Made by a program: the position numbers and the translations under genes. Below, piece by piece: positions 28,125 through 40,854 of a stretch of 64,000 bases of DNA. The notes under the pieces are model-generated. The model ran no database searches. It was not told the DNA's origin and saw nothing but the letters and a program-made list of their open reading frames with translations. The stretch spans positions 19,530,001-19,594,000 of the forward strand of contig CM022670.1 of NCBI GenBank assembly GCA_012295275.1, in the 5' to 3' direction. Numbering within the stretch: position 1 is the first letter of the stretch; the number at the start of each line of letters is the position of its first letter. This DNA comes from Chrysomallon squamiferum. Its lineage: Eukaryota > Animalia > Mollusca.

Positions 28125-31100
28125 TTAACAATAATAACAACAACAATAACACCAATGATGAAATAATGTTTATGTTGGTGATGACATATTTAAATTAGTT
28201 TTGAACAGTCAGTTTGTTTATAATACAGCACCAAACAAGAAAACACTTCAGGATTTCTGGAGAATGATTTGGGAAAAGGAATGTGGACATATCATCATGC
28301 TGACCAACCTCATAGAAGCAACCAAGGTACAAAAGTAATTCTACTGATTTTGTTAAACAGTGAGAATAGTAATAGTAAACATCTAGTCTGAAGCATTTCT
28401 TGCAAGTACTAGTCCTATGTATCTTTGATATCTGTGTAAATTTCCTGGTTAATTTCTAGAAATATGCAAAAAGAAAGTGAATTGTCTTTGTGAACTTTAT
28501 TTAAATAAAAAGCAACAGACCTGCATGAAACCTTTATATATGTCAAGAAACATTGTGACAACAAACAATAAGAGTATAATATGAAATATAAAAAAGAGTC
28601 ATAAAAAATTCTGACAGTAAATATCAGAAGTATGTAGTACATTAAATAAAATGGTTAATAATGGTCAAAGAAAATACAATATGAAATTATATATTAATAT
28701 TTTTCTTCAATAAAAATATTAATCAAGTTACTTGTTTTTTCCCAGTCTAAGTGTGAACCATATTGGTCAGACATGGATGTGATGACTATTGGAGCTCTGA
28801 CAGTTACTGTTACTGAGAAAGATGAGAGAAGTGATTTTGTGTTCAGAAAGTTCAGTGTGACACATAAAAAGGTAAACATAATTGTGATACCAAATCATGA
28901 GACATTTTTTGACTGAATGTGTGTTCAAAGTGAAGTGAAGGTATAACATAAACATCTTTTTATATTTTTCTTTAGTCAGGGAAAACTAAAATCTTTCAAC
29001 AGTTTCATTTTACTGCATGGCCTGATCACGGAATTCCCAACATTCAAGACTTCATTCAGTTCGTGTGGAGAGTCAGAAAAACAAAACCTATTCTTTCTGG
29101 ACCTGTACTTGTGCACTGCAGGTATATAACTGAATAGAAAATAAATGCAGAATAAATATATTATTAAATGGAAATATCTATTTCATCCACCTGATTAGAA
29201 AGAAAATATAGTAAAAATAAAGAAAATAATAAAAAGAAAGAGAGAGTTTGAGCAAGTATGGGAATGTGTTGGACACTGTGGGGTGAGGGTAGGTGAACAT
29301 GTGTGAGTGAGTCTGGAAAACATAACATTTTATGAAAATCATTTTTCTTGTAATGCTTTCCTACAGCTCTGTTTTATCCTAATTTCTGTTTTGAAAATAC
29401 TTTTCAGTGCTGGCGTGGGTCGAACAGGAACCTACATAGCTCTGGACGTCCTTGTAGATGAAATGGAAGCTACAGGACGAGTTGATATTAAAAAAGTCAT
29501 GAAACAAATGAGAGACCAGCGCAAAGGACTTGTGCAGACTAAGGTGACATACTTAAACCTAATTCTCCTCATTTATAAAATATAATTAATTTTTCTTGTA
29601 TCTTTTAAACTGTGATGCCAGAATGGTATAATGAAGCAGCACTAACATTTACATCTATTTATTTATTAGATTGTTTTCATTTAACAGAGAAACAAAAAAA
29701 CGGATTTCTATAATCATACATATATTAACACTGCATACTTTTTGAATATTTTATAATTATATTATACATTACATGTAAAATACATTGGATATATTCATTA
29801 TGTGCATTGAGGTAAAACTGATTTAAGCCTACAACATTTTCTGGGAAATTGCTTTAACTTTTTTATAAATGGGACTTTTATTGTTTGCAATAGTTTGCTG
29901 CACAGTATTTAAATTTGCCAATTTATTATTATCTGTAAGTACATATATAAATATGTATAAAATAATTTTAATATTTAAATTTATTTGAACTTTTTTAAAA
30001 TAAATGATGACAAGGAAATGATTCAGGCTTTCTATAGAAATTATATTATATTAACAGGAACAGTATGAAATGATATTCATTGCTCTTCTTAACATGGCTG
30101 AATTTGGCAACACTAGTGTGGATGCTCCAGACTTTTTCAAGAATTACCCAAACCAAAAAGGCTCAATGAAAATGGGAAACAAAACTGTTAACAAATTAGC
30201 TCTGGTAAAGTATCTAAAGCATTTGAGAGGTATTCTCATGAATAAAATAGTTAAAATTTCAGTTTGTTTATACTTTCATTTCATCTTTATGGATTCTGTT
30301 TTTGTTTTAATATAAACTACTCTAGTATTTATGATGAAAAATAGTTTTGGACAGTATACTAACCACTATTGTTTTCTTTGAACTTTTAGGAAATTGTGAA
30401 ACTAAATGGCACTTCTTACACAGGTTAGTCTCTTTGTTTCTCTCCACACATACACACCCAATACATATAAACTGACTAAAATATCATTATTTCTGACAGT
30501 TATAAGAAGCTGATATTTTCCTGAAGTTCACATTCAGTAATTAATTTCTCTTTACAATTTAATTTCTTGGATTAAAATTTGTTCTTAAACTTTAACATTT
30601 TTATAATTTGTAATACCTGATTCAATGAACAAAATGTAAGCAATTTTATTTCACTGGTATAATTTTTATAAATCATTTTATATATATCCCAATGCTATAT
30701 CATATGCACATACATACAAAGACACTCAAACACATGCAAGTGTGTGTGTGTATGTGTGTGTGTGTGTGTTTGTAAATATATATATATATTAATTTCATGT
30801 ATGTAGCTTCACCTGACAAGTACAGAGTCTGGGTTTCAGGATGCAGTGACATCTTTGCTACACTTCCACCAGTATGTTTGTGTTTTCTCCTTGAGTTACT
30901 GTGAAATCTTAGTGTGTCACTAGTTTTCATATTGTATTTTTAGAACTTTCACTTGATGTTTTCCTACCTTTAGATTTAACAAATTATACAGTAAAATATA
31001 GGTGGCTAATTATTAGAGTTTACTATACTTAACATCTTTATATTACAGCTTTTGGTTTTATTTGTGAGTAATCAGTTACATATAAATTAATCAATTGTTT

Positions 31101-31440
31101 TCTATAGAATAAGATAAAGTGAAGAATTTTTTCATACACTGTGCATAGTTATTTTATTATATATGGAATTAAGAGTAAAAATTAAATATTTATTTGAAGT
31201 CAAAACTGAGGAACCAGGGATACCTGCTGACACCAGAACCTAATGGATCAGAAGAAAGTTTTTGGAAACTGGTGACTGAAAATGACTCTTATACAATCAT
31301 TACACTGAGTTCCAAGGTAAAAAACACAGTACACCTGCACTCTAATTTAGCTTTGTATGCTACACCTATGTGCATGATATGTGTATGTGTGTTTGTTTTG
31401 TATATGTGTATAAAGTATGGATGCTTTTGTTGTGCATCTA

Positions 31441-31494
<54 letters not shown>

Positions 31495-33326
31495 TTTATG
31501 TGAGTTTATCTGTTATAATTTTACATGTTATTAGAATAATAGCTGATGTAATTTAGTTATTTTCATTGAACATAATCTTCTTTTCTTTTTTTTCTTCTCT
31601 TTTTAAAATGTTTTCACATTAAACTTGATAGAAATTCTTAGAGAGCTTGTTTGATAAAATTATTTATTTAATGAAATAATGCTAATTATAAATTTACATG
31701 AAATGAAGACTGGGATGAAACTCTTTCCTAAAACAAGTCAGAACATAACATTTGGCAAAACCACAGTCACTGCTCTTCGACAGACATCAATCATCCACGA
31801 AATAACAGAAACAACACTTCAAGTTGAAAATGAGGTAATGAAATAAATCTGTGTGTGTGATCTAATCATTAAATATCATTTTCATATGTTTATACTATAA
31901 ACATATATATATTTTTTTTTTTTCAGGTTCATCTATAGGCATTATTTATCATTATTAATTGATATCTGAATATTCATTATTTATATTTATAATGTTTAAC
32001 TTAGATATATATAATATTTTCAGAATCATTTGTAAGCTTTACATATATTTATAAATGATAATATTCATGTACACATATGTGGGCATTATTTGTAATTATA
32101 ATTATTAATATAGAACTATACTAGCTTAGACAATTTAAACACTGTATTTGTATTAATAACAGGGTGATCCAATTAAGAGAGAAATACAACATTACACTAT
32201 TAGTGGATGGTCACCTACCACAGATTCTGCTACACTGATATCTTGTCTGTCAACAATAACAGAACAGATACACAAACAAGAGAGCAAACTGAGATCACAT
32301 CCTGTGACTATCACTTACAGGTATTCAGTCTCAATAACACAGTTCACATTTCAGTTAATAGTACTAACCTAGGCCTACTGAAGGTGTTTCTTTGGCTTTA
32401 CATTTAAATTTATGAGATATGAATGAACAAGAAACAAAACTAAATTAATTGCATTAATGTATGGAGTAAAATTGTCACAAAGTCATCATTTGTGTAAATG
32501 TGTGCAGATTTACTGTTATTTGATATGTCCATTTATTGTCTAATTCTGTAAAACCATTTTCTTGATTTCTGAGATAAATTTACAAAGAGAAAATAAAAAT
32601 ACTGAAACATAAAAGAAAGCTTAGTGTTAAGAAAACTAGATTCAGCCTCAACCTTTTATGTAAATAATCCCTTAAAAAAAGCCATGTGCATTTGATATCT
32701 AACCTATTGTATCACACTTATAAAATCATTCATTAATTGTATCATGTTATGTCCAGTATAAAACAGTAACTGCTCATTTCATAATTTTTAATTAAAGAGA
32801 TTCTGAAGCTAAAAATGCCATAATTCTGTGCATAGCAAATGAAATCATGACAGGAATAAAGGTGGACAAAGAAGTGGAAATATTCAACAACATCAGAAGA
32901 TTTCAAGCTGTGCTGCCAAATATCCAGTTTACCAAAGTAATCCTGACACTCAGATATTTAACAAAAATGATTTTTGTCTCTGAATCTTTTTCAGTGTGCT
33001 GTACACCATATGAGATTTTCTTTTGTTATATAAGCATAATACACCATAACAATGTTGTGTTAATAAATTATATTTTGTACTAATAACATATTGCTGGTTC
33101 TAAATAGCACTATTTTGACATTTCATAATTATACTGATATTTGTGAAAACACTATTAAGTACTTTTGAAATAATTACTTGCGAAGACATAAGTATAATTT
33201 TGTTTCAATATTTTATTCATAAATATAATATAGATTTTTCTTCATATATTTCAGGAGGACTTTACATTTTTCTGCAACATGGTTCTTTTCAACCTTGAAT
33301 CATCTTCAGTGTATGCCAACTGTTGA
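13848..33326 (+). CDS. Gene B: complete RPTP with F-type lectin/galactose-binding-like domain, 9 EGF modules, TM, PTP D1 and D2 (about 1257 aa)
   Basis: 30 exons total 3774 nt in one frame. Signal 13848-13923; lectin 16353-16547 and 17914-18159; MEGF-type 18823-18975, 19551-19703, 20902-21051, 22862-23008; EGF_CA 20482-20601, 21331-21450, 21804-21923, 22305-22424, 23147-23266; TM 24261-24369. Cytoplasmic exons: 25034-25128, 26270-26553, 27105-27192, 27777-27853, 27991-28027, 28229-28326, 28746-28871, 28976-29121, 29408-29543, 30058-30204, 30390-30423, 30807-30871, 31200-31316, 31709-31834, 32163-32320, 32798-32936, 33255-33326. Confidence 0.92.
15585..15645. repeat. (CT)n microsatellite
   Basis: Direct inspection. 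Similar (AG/CT)n runs at 3872-3928, 38590-38678, 55152-55238 and 61610-61712. Confidence 0.95.
16353..18159 (+). CDS. Gene B F-type lectin (fucolectin / F5-8 type C-like) domain, two exons
   Basis: Translation contains KAVDGD, WWEVDLG, IYFRTD, GRYVTL and FCEIEVY(G), which are hallmark F-type lectin domain segments. Confidence 0.85.
16699..16764. repeat. (TAA)n microsatellite
   Basis: Direct inspection. Similar (TAA/TAT)n runs near 16170, 18518, 18986, 44285, 47630-47750, 49370 and 49900; (TG/CA)n and (TA)n runs occur throughout, e.g. 395-441, 23600-23730, 31445-31491. Confidence 0.95.
18823..23266 (+). CDS. Gene B EGF array: 4 eight-Cys MEGF/laminin-type exons and 5 calcium-binding EGF exons
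   Basis: MEGF type reads C..YG.NC...C..R.C.....C...TG.C...C..GW.G.DC. EGF_CA type reads D(I/V)(D/N)EC.....C..NA.C.N..GS(Y/F).C.C..GF.G.G..C, each 120 nt. All exons are phase 1-1. Confidence 0.9.
19097..19244 (+). pseudogene. Dead MEGF-type pseudo-exon in a gene B intron
   Basis: Reads [23 protein letters not shown] ... [12 protein letters not shown], with in-frame stops and a damaged donor. Confidence 0.8.
20190..20223 (+). pseudogene. 3' remnant of an EGF_CA exon in a gene B intron
   Basis: [12 protein letters not shown]|gtaac resembles the C..GF.G.G..CT G|gt ends of the intact EGF_CA exons. Confidence 0.5.
23861..24091. repeat. 57-bp minisatellite, 4 copies
   Basis: Unit cagtatgtaagagctgttccttaagtgtcctcggccactctagactatttgtcatta starts at about 23861, 23917, 23974 and 24031; a (TG)n run follows. 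Confidence 0.95.
24261..24369 (+). CDS. Gene B transmembrane exon
   Basis: [25 protein letters not shown] is followed by a RRRR stop-transfer signal in the next exon. Confidence 0.9.
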
Positions 33327-34174
33327 TTGACTTTCACAACCATTCTGAAAACATTATATAAGTTGTTTGCATGAAACAATATTAAAAACAATGCATATTA
33401 GTATCAAACTATTAACCAGTTTTGAATTTTTTTAGGTATATATAAATAGTTTTAGAACGTCTCATATTTTATATATATACTATTAGTATAATAAAAATGT
33501 CTAGGGTATGGGTATATCTATTTTATTCTAGAAATGACTTAATGTGATAATACAACTAATGGAAATCCCTGTGACAAATGTGTTAAACCAGTGAATTAAT
33601 CATTTATTCCATCAGGAAAGACATCTGTTGTGGACCTTCAATAAAATGTCAAATTACTGAAATTTGAAATTTACTTTATGTTCTACTCAGAAGCTTTGAT
33701 GATTTTTAAGAAATGAAATTAAGAACAAATACTTAGGAGTAGATCAGATCTTCAAATAACCATCTGTTGATTCTGAACTGTTGCCTCAGTCCATGCAACT
33801 GTAACTGATACTCTAATAATGTTTTATTAAATTTTGTAATTGTTAGACTATGATACTTCCTCCTAGTCTGTTATGAGTAACACAGTCAACAAGACACTGG
33901 TGTAGATTATATTTTGTAAATAACAGACCAGTTAGTTCCAAATAATAAAAAAATATTTAAAAACATTACTAATACAGTAATATATAAATATATTTGTTAG
34001 TCTATATTTTATATAATTAATTTCTTGTTACTAATTAAATAATATTATACAATTTTGTTGAGACTGTTTTCATTTTTAGATACATGTTCTAATGCATTGG
34101 ATACACTTAGCCATACCAGAGATAAATACATACTAATGCACTCATGCATATATGTACACATATATAACAGATAC

Positions 34175-34223
<49 letters not shown>

Positions 34224-35667
34224 TATGTGATATATCAGGTTGCTATTAGTATTACTACAAGGTGGGTACTAGTAATATTAAAGGTGGGAAATATCACATA
34301 GATATTAAAAATATATAAGGTAGTTATTAATGATTTCAAAGGCAGGCATTAGTGATATCTCAGGTTGATGTTATAGAAATTATGTCTAGGTATAGCTAGC
34401 TATACACCAGAAGCATGTAAGCGTAAATAAAGTAGTATTACGTTCAGGCATTAAATATTTGTAAATGAAAAAAAAATATCTTCAACAGCAAATTATAAAG
34501 GTATTAATAAATCACAATGGAACCAATAAAAAAAAAAAAAAAAATTAAAGTGAATAAACAAAACAGACCCCCCAAAAAGTTAAATTTAATGAATACATTC
34601 TGCTAATTCATATTTATTTATTTATTAATATATTAATATATTTGTTGTTGCTGTTTTAAATATAATTATTTAAAGTTTGAAATATTCTACTGTATATATA
34701 TATATATATATCAAAACATTAATGAAACTCAGTAATTTTCACTTTAAAAGATATAAATGTGAAGTATTTAATTAGTTAAAAAATATGGAATTGGAAAACA
34801 TTTGTGGAATATTATGTGTACTATAAAATTAATACTTTTAAACCAATGTTAACATCACTGGCAAATTACAATAAAATTATTACACACGATCAACAAATTG
34901 TTCCAAATTTCGTTGATATATATATAAATATATATGCATATACATACAGATACATATAAATATACATATAGCTATACATATACATACATACATACACATA
35001 CACACATACATATATATACACACACATACATACACACAAATACACACATATACACATACATAGTCACACACATACAGGTATGTTCAAAGGGAGATAGATC
35101 TAATGATACTAGTTGAGAGTACATTCATACAGTTACAAATTCCTGAATTCCAGTGCTTTTTCATTTATATGAACAGTAAGATTGCTCTTTAGTCATTGTT
35201 GAAAATGCCCTACAGCTTCATGTGATTCTTGGTGATAGTCACTCAACATAACTTGTTTTGTGTTTGATAAACAACATTCTGTAAATGCTTCACTTTTCTC
35301 TTTACATTTTATAAAATTCATCACTGGTTATGTAACATAAAGGTTAGTAACGCTTTCTGTCTGATTTTTGTATATATGCACAGACTTACATGCATACTGA
35401 CATATATATACACATATGTACAACAGATATACATGCACACATAGGTACATATGTTAGTACATACACACACAGAAAACATACACACACACACACATATATA
35501 GATGCACAAACACACACATACATATACCCACATTTTAGACAAACTGTGCAATACAGTGTGATATTAAGAAAATCACACAAAACTTCCCAGTTGATAAGAA
35601 AACTACAATGAACTGGTATCTTTGTACATTGTAAAGTGTTTCTTTATTACTGTTTTTTTATAATCTG

Positions 35668-35704
<37 letters not shown>

Positions 35705-36810
35705 ATATATATGTATATAACAATAAAAATAAGGACAAAGAAAAATAAATCGAAGAAGAACACCCCATAAATATAATAAGTAACACAATATTTTGTTACA
35801 ATTTACACTGGGAGAAAGCAAGAGAGAGACATAAAGAGACAAAAAGAGAGTGTAAGTATATACCTTGGTTTATGTAAACATACAAAAAATGTCTTCTCAC
35901 GCAAATAAAGAATTAAGGTAACCTTGCCCTTTCTTTACTTTCTGGCTGGAGAAACTCTTTGCTGGAGGCATTGAGTCTTACATGGTAGAGTTATATGAAT
36001 AATCTACAAACTATTAGATACAGATATTTCATATGAATTACATGTAATGACACTGTTGTAGATATAAATAATTATAAAATAAATGGATATTCATCAGTTA
36101 GTTACTGATATGCTTGTGCATAGTTTGTATTTTTCTATTATGTATCATTAATCTGACATAGTAAAAATATATTTTCTGGCTGAGTCAAAAGAAATAAGAC
36201 TGTGTGTGAATAAACACATTTTATTTTATAAAAAACAGTCAATATGTACATATTGCTGTGTCTATATTGGGTTTTGAGCTGAAATATATATATTCTTATA
36301 TCTTCAGTTGCATTTTGTCAAACATATATATTGACTCTTAATTGTGATGAGTATTAGTTTATTCATTATTTCTGTACTTCCTTGAAATGACCTCTTACTG
36401 AGTTGATTATACAAGCATGCTATTTAGGATAATACCGCTATAAAACATTTATTAAGAATTAGTATTTGTCATGGTAAATACAAATTTAGAAAATATATCC
36501 CTGAACACATAATTTTTAATTCAAGAAAATAAAACTGCAATAAAATTATTTTCTCATTGATAATTTTTAGAATAAAGTACAATGATTAATTTGCAGAAAT
36601 AATTAATAAATAAAAAGCAATACTAATAATAATTAAATAATTCAACTGTCATGCTATGCATGTTTTTGTCATAAAGATTACAGACTGTATCAACAGAAGT
36701 TTAAAAATGAAAGATAGAAAATGTGGCTTTGGAGAAATCTACATATCAGAGTGGAGAGAAAGCTGTAGACTCAGTCTTTGTGGTATATTTGTGTACATAC
36801 TACACCTAAT
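24922..36810 (+). repeat. Segmental tandem duplication, copy 2
   Basis: Collinear with 1-11350. Carries extra intron sequence at about 25335-25800 and about 32325-32665 relative to copy 1. Confidence 0.92.
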
Positions 36811-38588
36811 AAAGACACTAGCTAGTGGGAAGCAGATTTGGGTACAGACTGTTTTATTCATCAAGTTGACATCTATTTCAGAACTGATTGTAGGTATAGA
36901 GTAATATGTTTGTTAATGTAATTACAATTATAAACTGAAAAATGTATATGGTCTTTGAAATACAGTGCATTTTAATAGAGCAAAAATTGTTCAGCTTTAT
37001 TATTATAAAATCACATTTGATTACTATTATTCATTAAATAAAAGTGGTTATGGTGTTGATGATGATAACATTCATGTTGATGCTGCTGATGATGATAATG
37101 ATAGTGACAACAACAACAACAACAACAACAATAATAATAATAGTTAATAATAATAATAATAATAATAAAATGTATAACAATGTAAATGGAAGATATTTCA
37201 TATCAGTATGAATGACCTTTTACAAAAATATAACAAATCTAGGTATTGCTTACTTATTCTTTGTAAAACATCCATATATTATTAGGAAGATGAATTACTT
37301 TATTACTGCATTTAAAAATATATACTTTATACACACACACATATATCATATCTACTTATGTATAATTCCAATACATTAAAACAACAATTCAGAATGCACT
37401 GCTTGTCATTTGTATGTGGTTCTTAGAAATATTTTGATTTGTAACATAATTTACATAGCTGTGGTGTAATGGGGTGACAGGAAAGAACATGACTACAGCC
37501 TAATTGTATAAGCTGAAATATTGTTATAGTACACACTATTTCACTGATCTGTAGCAGCAGAAGGTTAATTCAGCTTGAATTTAACATTTTCACACAGCTT
37601 GTCTAAAGAATATCACTTATAGCTGTAACTGTGACAAGATGTATAATGCCAGACATTGTGCTGTTACTTCATCATGTAACAGGTGACTATCAGTCTGGAT
37701 GGATAGAAAATGACTGTATTAAAGGTAATGGTGCTCTAAGTTTTCAGTAGATGAGTTAGATAAATTTAACATTTGAAATAAAAGTTTGGCAACTTTCCAA
37801 TCTGAAATGTAATTATTAACTATTCAAAACAAAATAATGTGCTTTTGTCAGCTGAAAAAAGGTATCTCCATGTGCACTTATTATTTATTTACATTTGTTC
37901 CCATGTAAATGAGTAATATATAAACCTAATTCACTGATTATACCATGTAGGTTAGTGTAAAAAAATAGTTAATATTAAATAAAGGTTACTCATAAATAAA
38001 ATATTTGCTAACTATAATGATTTATAGTAAAATATTTAATTAAAATTGGACATGTCTTATTTAATCAGGTTGTGAGCTTAATGTCAAATATGATTCAAAC
38101 TGTTAGAAGATGTGTAACATACAGACATTGTGCTGTTAGTTCATCATCATGTAACATACAGACAGGAGACTTTGATTCTCATGGATGTAAACCTGGATGG
38201 ATGGGAAATGGTTGTACTGAAGGTAAAAATTATAATAAAAAATAGTTTTAACATTAGTGAAATAGTAACATGTTACATTTCATTAAGATAATACTTTTTC
38301 AATTGTACAATATAATATAAAAGATGTAAATGACAATTAAATTATATGGAATTTAACACTTTTTTCTAAGCTTTTCCTCATATTTGGAAGCATTAAATGT
38401 GATAGGGATATAGCTGTCTGAATGTGTTAATGTGAAAAAATATATTTTCTACAATTTTGAAATTTTTTCTTATTCATTTTTAATAAATAAATTAATCTCT
38501 TACTCTGGTTCTAATTTAAGATTTAACAATTATAATTTATCTCCATCAGAAAATAAGGACTTCCTGTGTTGATTTAAAATATAATATA

Positions 38589-38683
<95 letters not shown>

Positions 38684-39023
38684 ACTGAAATTATTATACT
38701 TAAACAGGACATGTGCTCTGATCATAAGTATTGCTTCATTTTTTTTTTTTTTTTTTGTCTCTGCTTTCTGTTTTACAATTATTATATTTCCTTCATCTTT
38801 CTTTTGAGTTTATTGTCATTAACTATTAGATACATTATATGACTACAAAAGAAGATACAATGTTTTTCCACATTGCATCCGACATTGCTGACAGAACTTT
38901 CATTATTTTTATTAGAGAATATAACATTGATAGACCTTTCTGAAATAGGCACCATTGATGGGACTTTTACCGCCAAAATTGTTGTGATATAGTGGTTGTA
39001 ATTGTTACATTGCTGCTGATGAG
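36718..39023 (+). pseudogene. Relic lectin-EGF-TM RPTP paralog downstream of gene B
   Basis: Decayed lectin exon 36718-36889 (ENVALEKSTYQS..KAV..TQSLWYICVHT..S*WEADLG..FIHQVDIYFRTD|gtag). Decayed EGF exons 37598-37724 and 38069-38222 (stops, frameshift). Decayed TM exon 38916-39023 (ag|AGAAT...VVVIVTLLLM R|gt; 108 nt versus 109 nt in gene B). Confidence 0.82.
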
Positions 39024-40854
39024 GTAGATAAATTTAGATATTACTTAAAGAAATAAGACACAGGACAAACATACACACATATATTGCTTGGATGTTGACA
39101 AAACAGCTGAAGGTGACAAGCTTTTTGTGCTGCAAGTTGTATACTTTTGTACTACTAAGAACAATGTTCTATTTTAAACAAATCCTTTAACTTCAGCAGC
39201 ACATCTGTTCCTCACATACTTTAGAGTTTAGTTCAGATACTGGCTTCTGTGCTTCAAGTGATATGTAAGTGTGTACTTACATGTAAGTGAGACTTCATCT
39301 CCTTGTTTAACAGATATAGACCTATAATGGTGTCATAGGCTATATTTATTTATAGAGATGTACTGAGAAACACACTTACATATACATAAATTTTAACTGA
39401 CATTTTCACATTCAAAAATTGATTAGGAAAATGTTTATTGCAAAGTGTTATTTTAAAATCATACTTTAATAAAATTATTACACTGTATATATCATAATGT
39501 TCAGTTATTATAATGCTGTTGATACTGCTGTTATTATTAGCTTAAGAAACTAGTAGTAGTAATAAAATTTAAGTTTTTATTATCATTATGACACTACTAT
39601 AATTGCTACAGCTATTTCTTTGCAGCTACTGCCACTACTGTTGTGTTATTATAGAGTATTGTTTAGTATACAAGAAAGTCTTTACTACTGCTACCATTGT
39701 GATTACCACCATTACTACCACTGTAACTACTGCTGCTCCTTTTGTAAACACTAATATTATGGCTATGACTTTTGTTACTTCTTAGACATATAATACTATA
39801 TATAAATCAGATTATATATCTGTTTTGGAAATCAGTACTATAATATCTGAGTTTATATTATATTATTACACAATATTTAAACAACAAAATTACAGTAACA
39901 TTTGTCCTTTAGTTCTTGTCAGTATCTGTTTTAAATCTGAAATATATATACAGTCAACAGCAGGTGGATTATATATTTTTATTGCAAAAGCATTTTTAAA
40001 AAAGCTGATACAGTTTACAAAGTCAAATAAAATAAAAGTAAATATTTAAATTAGGTGATAGTAAAAATGTAAAATATAATATTCAAAGCAATATAAGTAA
40101 TAAAAATAGGTTGGTATAAACTAAGAACTGCTTTAGGAATATATAATTAATTAAAAATATAGTTGTTTTTATACCTACATCTTTGCTTCTTTGCTTGTTT
40201 ATTATATTTTTATTATATATTTATTATCATTATTATTTTACTGTTTTGTCATCCACTTGCCACTGTAACAGATGTATTGCTGTGAATATTATTTGTATGT
40301 GAATATGTTTGTGTGTGTGCACTCACACTCCTTTGTAAATGTTCCTGTATGTATTTTAATAAAATTAATGGTTATGTCTAATTTAGAATGGATTCCCACA
40401 TATTGTTTCATAATAATTTATTTTTTTAAACTGCTATTCTTTGGACATTTCCTTTTTTTTGGGGGGGGATTCAGCAAAGAAGTTATATTTTCATATTATA
40501 TATATATATCATATGGAAAATAGTTTGCTTATTTAACTTATAGAGTAGAATAACAAGGTCATAACTCTGTACTTAAATAAATCATAATCCATATAGGTGT
40601 AATTGTTTTTTTAGTGTTTTTTAAACATGTGTCATGTCTTTAAAGAAACACATTTTCTAGTCTAGTTAAAACTAGAAATATTATTTTGAAAGACATGGAA
40701 TTTCCACTGCTAAGAAAACAGATCAGTTAGTGAGATATAGTTGCATTAGTAAAAGCCTCTTTATATTTAAATCAATATCGTGATAAAATAAATGTCTTGT
40801 AAATGCACAAAGTCATCTGTAAACATCAAACAGGAGCCAAGTCCTGTGTCCCAC

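Noticed and set aside
1-36810. Idea that genes A and B are merely two haplotypes assembled in tandem
   Set aside because: The flanks are substantially diverged and carry different deletions in the relic genes, which favours true paralogy; long reads would settle it.
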